This document shows positions 36,795 to 44,386 of a stretch of 50,839 nucleotides of DNA, in pieces. The stretch is from an uncultured Eubacteriales bacterium (GTDB lineage Bacteria; Bacillota; Clostridia; Christensenellales; Borkfalkiaceae). The DNA lies in the NCBI GenBank assembly GCA_900545325.1, contig UQZE01000001.1, forward strand, positions 1 through 50,839, in the 5' to 3' direction. The notes beneath the pieces were generated by a model. The model saw only the letters and a list, made by a program, of their open reading frames with translations. It did no database searches and had not been told where the DNA came from. How positions within the stretch are numbered: position 1 is the first letter of the stretch; each line of letters opens with the position of its first letter. The translations under genes and the position numbers were made by a program.

Positions 36795-37487
36795 ATGAAG
36801 AAACTGGTTAAAACCGCCGCCGTGCTCATGATCATATTCACGCTCGGATTCTGTTTGACCGGCGTGATCGGGCACGTGCCCGCGATCACGGCGAGCGCGG
36901 CGGTGTTGCAGCAGGGCAGCCGCGGCAGCGACGTTACCACCCTGCAAAGGAAACTGAAGAACTGGGGCTATTACAGCGGCTCCGTGGACGGAATATTCGG
37001 CTCCCAGACGAGGGAAGCCGTCAGATACTTCCAGAGAAAGAACGGCCTCGTCGTCGACGGGATCGTCGGCAAAAAGACGCTTGCCGCGCTCGGCATGAGC
37101 CTCGGCGGGTCTTCGGGCTCCACGAGCGGATATTCCAATTCGGATATTTCCCTGCTCGCGCGGCTCATTTACGGCGAAGCGCGCGGCGAAAGCTATACGG
37201 GACAGGTCGCGGTCGGCGCGGTTGTGCTCAACAGGGTGAGGAGCTCTTCCTTCCCGAACACCATCGCGGGCGTCATTTATCAGCCGTACGCGTTTACCGC
37301 CGTTTCGGACGGGCAGATCAATTTAACGCCCAACGCCACGGCGCGCAAAGCGGCCATCGCCGCCATGAACGGCTGGGATCCCAGCTACGGCGCGATTTAT
37401 TACTACAACCCTTCCACGGCGACGAGTTCGTGGATATTCTCAAGGCAGACCACGGTGGTCATAGGCGACCACGTGTTCGCGATCTAA
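36795..37487 (+). CDS. sleB: spore cortex-lytic enzyme SleB
   Basis: ATG 36795 after GGAGG. PG_binding_1 segment (LQRKLKNWGYYSGSVDGIFGSQTREAVRYFQ) and Hydrolase_2 segment (LLARLIYGEARGE..VLNRV..YQPYAFT). Confidence 0.9.
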   Translation: MKKLVKTAAVLMIIFTLGFCLTGVIGHVPAITASAAVLQQGSRGSDVTTLQRKLKNWGYYSGSVDGIFGSQTREAVRYFQRKNGLVVDGIVGKKTLAALGMSLGGSSGSTSGYSNSDISLLARLIYGEARGESYTGQVAVGAVVLNRVRSSSFPNTIAGVIYQPYAFTAVSDGQINLTPNATARKAAIAAMNGWDPSYGAIYYYNPSTATSSWIFSRQTTVVIGDHVFAI

Positions 37488-37500
37488 CGGAGGAAGAACA

Positions 37501-39252
37501 ATGGCAGAAAAGAAAAACAGCGCGCTCGTGAAGGCCGAAAAGGCGACGAGCGGCGACCCCGTCGAAAAACAGACGGGCGAACGCGAAGAAACGATACGCG
37601 CGATCAGGGAAAAGCAGAAAGCGGACGAACGCATCGCCCGCGCCAGAGCGAAAAAGACCAAGGTGGAGCGCCGCGCCGCGATAAAGGCGGAGGAAATGCG
37701 CAGAAAACAGGCGCAGAAAGCGCGCGCCAAGGCCGAACGCGAAACGATAAAGAGAAACGCCCTCGCCGAGCGCGAACGCAAAAAGCTCGAAGAAGAGAGA
37801 AAGCGTGCGGCCGTCAAAGCCGAACGCGCGGCAAAGGCCGAGGAAGAGCGCAGGCAACGCGAGGCTGCCAAGGCCGAAAAACGGCGGGAAAGGCAGATGA
37901 AACAGCGCTCTAAAAACAAGAAGAAAAAGGAAAACAAGGGCTACGGCGGCTGGATGGCGGCGGTCATCTCGCTCGGCGTTACGGTGCTGGTGCTCTCTTC
38001 CGTGCTGGCAATGAACATCTTCATGCCCACGGCCTCGGACAAGCAGCTCGCGGCGATGTACGAAAAGTCCTATTACGATACCGTAACCTACGTAGGCAAT
38101 CTCGACAGCAACCTTTCTAAGGCGCTTGCGACCAAGGACGGCGAGGCGCTGCAGAAATATATGGTGGAACTCGCGGTGCAGAGCGAGCTGGCGGAAAACG
38201 ACATCAACCGCCTGCCCCTCGAGGACGACGCGAAATTTTATACGACCAAGCTTATAAACCAGATCGGCGATTTTGCGAAATACCTCAATAAAAAGCTTAT
38301 CGACGGAGAAGAACTGGCCGAAAGCGACCTCGCGTCGCTCAAACAGCTTTACGAAGCGAACAAGCAGTTCAAGGAAAGCCTCAGCCGCATCACCTATAAC
38401 ATGGGCGAGGGCTACGACTTCAAAAAGCTCGAAAAGGACGGCAACGAACTTCTGAGCGGCATGGAGGAACTGCAGAACATGAGCGCGGAATATCCCGAAC
38501 TCATCTACGACGGTCCGTTTTCCGACGGCCAGGCCAAAAAGGAAGTGAAGGGCCTTTCGGGCGGTGAAGTGAGCGTGGAAGAAGCGCGCGACGTCTTTGT
38601 AAAGGTTTTCAACGAATACGGTATAAACGAAATAGAGGACGCGGGCGAAACGAGCGGGCTTTTCGACTGCTACAATTTCACGGCAATGTCGGACGGCGCG
38701 CAGATCTTTGCGCAAATCAGCAAAAAAGGCGGGCACGTGGTGCTTTTCGATTACTTCAAGGATTGCTCCGCAGTCAACTACGACGGAGAGGACCTGATCC
38801 CCGTAGGACAGGCGTTTTTGGAGAACCTCGGGCTCGATAACATGAAATGCGTGTGGGCGAGCAGCTCGCAGGCGGTAACGTCGCTTAATTTCGCATATGA
38901 GCAGGACGGCGTGATCGTGTACAGCGACCTCATCAAGCTCACCGTATGTCAGGAAACGGGCAAGGTTACGGGCATGGAGGCGGCGCCCTATTATATGAAC
39001 CATACGGAAAGGGATATTCCCGCGCCCGCGATCTCTTCGCAGACGGCGGCGGGCAGGGTATCTTCTTCGCTGGACATCGTGGGCACGCGCATGGCGTATA
39101 TCCCCAAGAGCGAAAACACAGAATGTCTGACCTATGAATTCAAGGCCGAAAAGGACGGCGACACGTATTACGTGTATATCGACGCCTTGACGGGCAGGCA
39201 GGTGGAAATGTTCAAGGTGATCGTTACCGATGACGGCACCATGCTGCTGTAA
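37501..39252 (+). CDS. ypeB: germination protein YpeB with a long charged N-terminal extension
   Basis: Immediately follows sleB. One TM helix at about residues 150-172, then a YpeB-like body (AAMYEKSYYDTV.., PepSY-like C-terminus YYVYIDALTGRQVEMF). Confidence 0.85.
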   Translation: MAEKKNSALVKAEKATSGDPVEKQTGEREETIRAIREKQKADERIARARAKKTKVERRAAIKAEEMRRKQAQKARAKAERETIKRNALAERERKKLEEERKRAAVKAERAAKAEEERRQREAAKAEKRRERQMKQRSKNKKKKENKGYGGWMAAVISLGVTVLVLSSVLAMNIFMPTASDKQLAAMYEKSYYDTVTYVGNLDSNLSKALATKDGEALQKYMVELAVQSELAENDINRLPLEDDAKFYTTKLINQIGDFAKYLNKKLIDGEELAESDLASLKQLYEANKQFKESLSRITYNMGEGYDFKKLEKDGNELLSGMEELQNMSAEYPELIYDGPFSDGQAKKEVKGLSGGEVSVEEARDVFVKVFNEYGINEIEDAGETSGLFDCYNFTAMSDGAQIFAQISKKGGHVVLFDYFKDCSAVNYDGEDLIPVGQAFLENLGLDNMKCVWASSSQAVTSLNFAYEQDGVIVYSDLIKLTVCQETGKVTGMEAAPYYMNHTERDIPAPAISSQTAAGRVSSSLDIVGTRMAYIPKSENTECLTYEFKAEKDGDTYYVYIDALTGRQVEMFKVIVTDDGTMLL

Positions 39253-39258
39253 AAGTTA

Positions 39259-39291
39259 TTCCGACGCGGTTTTCCGCGTCGGAAATTTTTT
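39259..39291 (+). terminator. intrinsic terminator of sleB-ypeB
   Basis: TTCCGACGCGG / CCGCGTCGGAA stem, followed by A and a T-run. Confidence 0.85.
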
Positions 39292-39299
39292 AAAAACCC

Positions 39300-39328
39300 T
39301 TGACAAAGCGGAAAAGGTATGTTAAAGT
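39300..39328 (+). promoter_or_regulatory. sigmaA promoter (extended -10) of T-box leader
   Basis: TTGACA, 17-nt spacer ending TGt, TAAAGT. Confidence 0.65.
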
Positions 39329-39335
39329 ATAGAAA

Positions 39336-39590
39336 ACTGAAAAACCTGTGAGACGGGGTAGTAACTCGGAAAAAAGTCTTAAGAGAGCTGCGGTTCGGTG
39401 CGACGCAGCGGCGGAAACCGGGCGAATGGGCCGTTGAGGGCGGGCGCGAAAGGCAGCGAGTAGCGAACGACGTAACCTTGCGTCAAGAGGGGCCGTATGC
39501 AGGTACGGTAACGAGGCGGCAGCAATGCCGTAAAATTGGGTGGCAACACGGTAAATATCGTCCCAAGCGATATTTGCCGTGTTTTTTTGT
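39336..39590 (+). promoter_or_regulatory. T-box riboswitch leader, probable Trp specifier
   Basis: AGAGAG (39382-39387), distal-loop GGTGCGA (39397-39403), GAA-UGG-G specifier context (UGG 39427-39429), T-box AAATTGGGTGGCAACACGG (39533-39552), and a terminator ACACGGTAAATATCG / CGATATTTGCCGTGT followed by T7. Confidence 0.85.
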
Positions 39591-39694
39591 ATAAAGGAAA
39601 GGCTTATGGATAAACTTTTATTGCGTTCCGAATTCCGATGGCGCGGGGCAAAACGGACTTAAAACTAAAAATCGGAAAAAAGGAGAAAGAAAAA

Positions 39695-41083
39695 ATGAAT
39701 AACAAAAAAATACCCACTAAAATATATCTGAGCGAAGAAGAGATGCCCAAGGCATGGATGAATATCCGCGCGGCGATGAAGGAAAAACACGATCCCTTTC
39801 TCAATCCCGCGACCTTAAAGCCCTGCACGGCGGAGGAGCTGTCCCGCGTGTTCTGCAGGGACGTGGTGGAACAGGAGCTCGACCAGGAAAACCTGTTTAT
39901 CCCCATTCCGCAGGAAATACGGGAATTTTACAAGATGTACCGCCCGTCGCCTTTGACGCGCGCCTATTTTCTGGAAAAACTGCTCGACACCCCCGCGGAA
40001 ATTTACTATAAATTCGAGGGGAACAATACGTCCGGCTCGCACAAGCTCAACAGCGCGGTCGCGCAGGCGTACTATGCTAAAAAGGAGGGGCTGACCTCGG
40101 TAACTACGGAAACGGGCGCGGGGCAGTGGGGCACGGCACTTTCCATGGCGTGCGCGTTTTTCGGGTTGGACCTCACGGTGTATATGGTCAAAGTGAGTTC
40201 CATGCAAAAACCGCACCGCCGCGAAGTCATGCGTACGTACGGCGCGAAAGTGGTCGCTTCTCCCTCGGATACGACCGAAGTCGGTAGAAAGATCCTCGCG
40301 GAGTTCCCCGAAACGGGCGGTTCGCTCGGCTGCGCCATCAGCGAGGCCGTGGAAAAGGCGGTCAACACGCCGAACTGCCGCTATCTGCTCGGCAGCGTGC
40401 TCGATCACGTCGTTTTGCACCAGTCGGTTATCGGTCTGGAAAGCAAGATCGCCATGGATAAATACAATATTGCGCCCGATATCGTCATCGGCTGCGCGGG
40501 CGGCGGCAGCAACCTGGGCGGATTGATCGCGCCCTTCATGGTCGATAAGATCAACGGCGAAAACGACATAGACTTTATCGCGGTCGAGCCCGCTTCCTGC
40601 CCGTCCATGACGCGCGGAAAATACGTATACGATTTCTGCGACACGGGCAAGACTACCCCGCTCGCGAGAATGTACACGCTCGGCAGCGGGTTTATGCCCA
40701 GTCCCAACCATGCGGGCGGACTGCGGTATCACGGCATGAGCCCGATCGTTTCCAAACTCTATCACGACGGGTATATGCGCGCCGTGTCCGTGGAACAGAC
40801 CGAAGTGTTCAAGGCGGCGGAAATGTTCGCCAAGGTAGAGGGCACGCTGCCCGCGCCAGAATCGGCGCACGCCATCAAAGTCGCCATCGACGAGGCGCTC
40901 AAATGCAAAAAGACGGGCGAGAAAAAGGTCATACTCTTCGGGCTTACGGGAACGGGGTATTTCGATATGACCGCTTACGGCGCGTATAACGACGGCGCCA
41001 TGAGCGATTATATCCCCACGGAGGCCGACCTCGAAAGGGGATTCGCTTCCTTCCCCGACATACCCCAGAATAAAAATTGTTAA
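39695..41083 (+). CDS. TrpB-like PLP-dependent enzyme (tryptophan synthase beta, TrpB2 type)
   Basis: ORF trimmed to MNNKKIPT after AAGGAG. YYKFEGNNTSGSHKLNSA (PLP Lys) and GCAGGGSNLGG. Long N-terminal TrpB2-style extension. Confidence 0.85.
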   Translation: MNNKKIPTKIYLSEEEMPKAWMNIRAAMKEKHDPFLNPATLKPCTAEELSRVFCRDVVEQELDQENLFIPIPQEIREFYKMYRPSPLTRAYFLEKLLDTPAEIYYKFEGNNTSGSHKLNSAVAQAYYAKKEGLTSVTTETGAGQWGTALSMACAFFGLDLTVYMVKVSSMQKPHRREVMRTYGAKVVASPSDTTEVGRKILAEFPETGGSLGCAISEAVEKAVNTPNCRYLLGSVLDHVVLHQSVIGLESKIAMDKYNIAPDIVIGCAGGGSNLGGLIAPFMVDKINGENDIDFIAVEPASCPSMTRGKYVYDFCDTGKTTPLARMYTLGSGFMPSPNHAGGLRYHGMSPIVSKLYHDGYMRAVSVEQTEVFKAAEMFAKVEGTLPAPESAHAIKVAIDEALKCKKTGEKKVILFGLTGTGYFDMTAYGAYNDGAMSDYIPTEADLERGFASFPDIPQNKNC

Positions 41084-41090
41084 GGGCCGA

Positions 41091-41123
41091 ACGCCCCGCC
41101 GCAGATCGCGGCGGGGCGTTTTT
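41091..41123 (+). terminator. intrinsic terminator
   Basis: ACGCCCCGCCGC / GCGGCGGGGCGT 12-bp stem followed by a T-run. Confidence 0.85.
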
Positions 41124-41171
41124 ATTTAAAACGCTTGACAACGCTATCCCGCAGGTGTTATCATAAGTATG

Positions 41172-41195
41172 AAAAGTAAGAAATTTCTTACTTTT
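41172..41195. promoter_or_regulatory. perfect 24-bp palindrome abutting the SD of the abrB-like gene
   Basis: AAAAGTAAGAAA|TTTCTTACTTTT, followed directly by AGGAGG (41196-41201). Confidence 0.6.
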
Positions 41196-41209
41196 AGGAG
41201 GTTTGTAAA

Positions 41210-41437
41210 ATGACAAATAAATTTCCTGAAGGGAAATTCATGGCTACTGTCAAGGTGGGGCCGAAAGGGCAGATCGTGATACCGAAGGAGGCGCGCGAGA
41301 TGTTCGGCCTTAAGGCGGGGGACGCGCTTTTGTTCCTCGCGGACAAGGGGCAGGGAATCGCGATCCAGCCCTTCGAATACGCCGAAAACTTTTTTAAGGA
41401 AGTTTATAAGATCAAGAAAGAGGATGAAAAGGAATGA
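41210..41437 (+). CDS. AbrB/MazE/SpoVT-family DNA-binding protein
   Basis: VKVGPKGQIVIPKEAREMFGLKAGDALLF is a SpoVT-AbrB swapped-hairpin motif. Confidence 0.8.
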   Translation: MTNKFPEGKFMATVKVGPKGQIVIPKEAREMFGLKAGDALLFLADKGQGIAIQPFEYAENFFKEVYKIKKEDEKE

Positions 41438-42297
41438 ACGCGCTCGAAGTTACGGGGCTTTGCAAAAAATACCCCAAATTTACGCTGGACAACGTGAGTT
41501 TTTCCGTGGGCGAGGGGCGCGTGTGCGGTCTGATCGGCAGAAACGGCGCGGGTAAGAGCACTACGCTCAAAGCGATCATGCGGCTTATCGCCGCGGAGGG
41601 GCGGGTAAAGGTATTCGGCCGCGACTTCGCCGCGGAGGAAGCCGCCGTCAAGTCGGATATCGGCTTTGTCGGCGGCGGGTTCGGCTTTTATCCCCTTAAA
41701 AAGATAAAGGCCGTCAGCAAGGCGTTCGCCTCGTTTTACCCGAACTGGAACGAAGGCACGTATCGGAAATATCTTTCGGATTTCGGTATAGACGAAGAAA
41801 AAAAGCCCTCCGAGCTTTCCGAGGGCATGAAGGTGAAGTATTCCCTCGCGCTTGCGCTGTCGCACGGCGCGCGGCTGCTCGTCATGGACGAACCGACCAG
41901 CGGGCTGGATCCGCTCTCGCGCGAAGAATTCTGCGATATCGTACTGGAACTCACGCGGGAAAACGGGGTGAGCGTGCTTTTTTCCACGCACATCACCTCC
42001 GACCTCATGCGGGTGGCGGACGACGTGGTTTATATTTCGGAGGGGCGCGTCCTCACCGAAAGTCCGCTTGCCGGCCTGCTGGGCGCGTACGATAAAGTTA
42101 CGTTCGCTTCCGCCGCAGATGCCGCAAGATGCGGCTGCGTAATCGGCCTGAAAACCGTGAAAGAAGGCGCGGAGGGGCTGGTGCGCCGCGGCTGCGCGGC
42201 GGAGGGGGCGCTGAGATGCGAAAATGCAGACCTCGACGCCGTGATGATCCATCTCGAAACCGAAAAAAAGGGGGTGCGTCATGCTGAAACTCATTAA
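41434..42297 (+). CDS. ABC transporter ATP-binding protein
   Basis: Walker A (GRNGAGKST), signature (LSEGMKVK) and Walker B (LVMDEPTSGLD). The ATG overlaps the abrB-like stop. Confidence 0.9.
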   Translation: MNALEVTGLCKKYPKFTLDNVSFSVGEGRVCGLIGRNGAGKSTTLKAIMRLIAAEGRVKVFGRDFAAEEAAVKSDIGFVGGGFGFYPLKKIKAVSKAFASFYPNWNEGTYRKYLSDFGIDEEKKPSELSEGMKVKYSLALALSHGARLLVMDEPTSGLDPLSREEFCDIVLELTRENGVSVLFSTHITSDLMRVADDVVYISEGRVLTESPLAGLLGAYDKVTFASAADAARCGCVIGLKTVKEGAEGLVRRGCAAEGALRCENADLDAVMIHLETEKKGVRHAETH

Positions 42298-42928
42298 AAA
42301 GGAATTCGCGCTGGCGCTCCATCCCACCTGCGTCGTCTTCCTCTTTTTCGCGGCCTTCGTATTCATTCCGAACTACCCGTACGAGGTCATGTTTTTCTTT
42401 TCCGCGCTGGCGGCGTACTTCGTATGCCTGACGGGGCGCGAAAACAAAGATCTGTGCTTTACCTGCGCCCTGCCCGTCGAAAAGAAGAGCGTCGCGCTCG
42501 CGCGCGTGCTGTTTTTCGTCATACTGCAGCTGGCGCTGGTGCTGCTGTGCGCTCTCTTTTCCGCGGTGAAAACGGCGTTTCTCGATATGCCGAACGCCGC
42601 TGGCATGGAGGCGAACGCCGTGCTCGCGGCAAACGGGCTGGTCATGCTCGGCATATTCAACGCCGTCTTTTTCCCGCCGTATTTCCGCGAACCCGAAAAG
42701 ATCGGCAAGCCGTTCGTGATCGGCGCTGTCGCCTTGTTTTTGTTCGTCGCCGCCGTTACGGCCTGCTGTTTCGCGGTGCCTTTCGTGCGCGACGTATTGG
42801 ATACGCCCGATCCCGAACATTTCGGCGCGAAACTCATATATCTCGCTGCGGCCGCGCTGATTTACGCCGCATTGACGTCCTTCTCCGCGCTCCGCTCCAT
42901 GAAGAATTTCGAAAAGACGGATCTTTAA
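42281..42928 (+). CDS. ABC-2 type transporter permease
   Basis: 215-aa, 6-TM ORF overlapping the ATPase stop. GGGGG SD. Call rests on context. Confidence 0.6.
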   Translation: MLKLIKKEFALALHPTCVVFLFFAAFVFIPNYPYEVMFFFSALAAYFVCLTGRENKDLCFTCALPVEKKSVALARVLFFVILQLALVLLCALFSAVKTAFLDMPNAAGMEANAVLAANGLVMLGIFNAVFFPPYFREPEKIGKPFVIGAVALFLFVAAVTACCFAVPFVRDVLDTPDPEHFGAKLIYLAAAALIYAALTSFSALRSMKNFEKTDL

Positions 42929-42937
42929 AACGATCGA

Positions 42938-42968
42938 ACCCCGCCGCAATCCAGCGGCGGGGTTTTTT
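42938..42968. terminator. bidirectional intrinsic terminator
   Basis: ACCCCGCCGC / GCGGCGGGGT stem followed by a T-run, between convergent genes. Confidence 0.8.
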
Positions 42969-42974
42969 ATGTAT

Positions 42975-44045
42975 TTACGGCTTTATCACGCATTCGCCCG
43001 TTTTCGCGTCCTGAAAGAGCATCCAGAATCCGTCGCCCTTCATCTCGAAGATGGAAAGGGGGATAAAGGTGCAGTAGCCCGCAAGCTCTTTCGGGGGATA
43101 GGGCGAATATTTCGCGGGCACGCCGTAACATATGTACTTCGGTCGCCCCTTTTCCTCCGTCAGCCCCACGAGGTAATAGTTGCTTTTATAATCTATCTTT
43201 ACCCAGCGGCTGTTCGGAATGGTCGCTTTCAGGCAGTCCTCCTCCGGATATTCGGCAAATATCTTGTCGAGTTCGTCCTTGACCGTCAGGTAGTAGTCGC
43301 CCTGGAAGCTTTTGCCGAAAGCAGCGTGGAGATCATTTTCGCGCCCCGCCGTTTCTTCTTTTTTTCCGCCGTCTTCATTCTGGCTTTGAGAATGAGTATC
43401 GTCATCGAATTGATATACGCTTTGTTCATCTTTTCCTTCTTCCTTTATTTTCAGCGCGTCGACGTCCGCGTCTTCGCTTAAATAGTAATTTTCCGTCGCC
43501 ACGGCGAGATCGTCGTATACGGGCGGCGTTTCCGGAATCACGGATACGTCCTCCGCGTTTTCCTCTTCCGGCGGCGCGCTTTGCGCGGCGTTTACTTCCG
43601 CTTTTTCCGCAATATTCTGTTTCGTCTCCTCCGCAGCAGGAGGTTTTTTGCGCGGCGCCGCCTGCGTGTAACTCTCATTCAAAAACTCCGTAAGCCGTTC
43701 AGGCCGATATTCAAGTTCGCCCGCGCCGCAGGCCACGGGCACGGTGTTTTCGCCCATATAGGCGATCATGCAGACGAACCCGCCGCGGCGTATGTCCGCA
43801 TCGTACCGTTTGGAAAAGGAAAAGGGGGAAGGCCCCAGATCTTCCGCGTACATCTTGCCGTCGGGAAAGAGGATGACCGCGCGGTAGCCGCCCTCGGTTA
43901 CTGCCGCGAAATTGATAAGCGAAAGGTTGATTTCCGTTACGGAATCGGATTGCTCCGCCCGCGCGATGCCGCTCAGCGGCCTCCCGTTTACGGAAAAACC
44001 GGGCGCGAGTTCTTTCAGTATCAGAAATTTTTTTGCATAAGCCAT
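42975..44045 (-). CDS. hypothetical two-domain protein with acidic linker
   Basis: 356-aa ORF with purine-rich SD. Structured N- and C-terminal parts (..PKYICYGVP..GFWMLFQDAKTGECV) are separated by an acidic, Pro-rich linker. No family recognised. Confidence 0.5.
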   Translation of the reverse strand: MAYAKKFLILKELAPGFSVNGRPLSGIARAEQSDSVTEINLSLINFAAVTEGGYRAVILFPDGKMYAEDLGPSPFSFSKRYDADIRRGGFVCMIAYMGENTVPVACGAGELEYRPERLTEFLNESYTQAAPRKKPPAAEETKQNIAEKAEVNAAQSAPPEEENAEDVSVIPETPPVYDDLAVATENYYLSEDADVDALKIKEEGKDEQSVYQFDDDTHSQSQNEDGGKKEETAGRENDLHAAFGKSFQGDYYLTVKDELDKIFAEYPEEDCLKATIPNSRWVKIDYKSNYYLVGLTEEKGRPKYICYGVPAKYSPYPPKELAGYCTFIPLSIFEMKGDGFWMLFQDAKTGECVIKP

Positions 44046-44186
44046 ATATTTTCCCCGAAACTTCTTTCCTTATTATTTTAATATATGTTCCTATTAAATA
44101 TATATGATAATCGGGGCGTAAAAATCATGAAAAAACTTCTTTTATGTCGAAAAAAGCAAAATCTTTCCCGCGCGTGAGAAAAAAAC

Positions 44187-44215
44187 TTTACATTTGACTT
44201 TTTACGTGTTATAAT
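44187..44215 (+). promoter_or_regulatory. sigmaA promoter (extended -10) of pckG
   Basis: TTTACA, 17-nt spacer ending TGt, TATAAT. Implies a leader of about 165 nt. Confidence 0.6.
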
Positions 44216-44386
44216 GCAAACTGAGAAACGATAGGATATTGTTCGGGAGGACTTCCGAAATGCCCCCGTTTCGCCGCCTTTTTATATTTTTGGGTATAAA
44301 ATAGGCTCGTTGCGGTTCACAAAAGGAAACTTTGCGCAAACCGCGCCCGAAATCGTCAGAAAAAATTTTAATAGAGGAGAAAGATT

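Noticed and set aside
28061-44151. Additional TGTCGAA (0A-box) heptamers at 28061-28067 (inside rpsI), 33151-33157 (inside the XRE gene) and 44145-44151 (intergenic, upstream of pckG).
   Set aside because: About six occurrences of any 7-mer are expected by chance in 2 x 50.8 kb, so the total count is not enriched. Only the pair upstream of spo0A is listed, and with low confidence.
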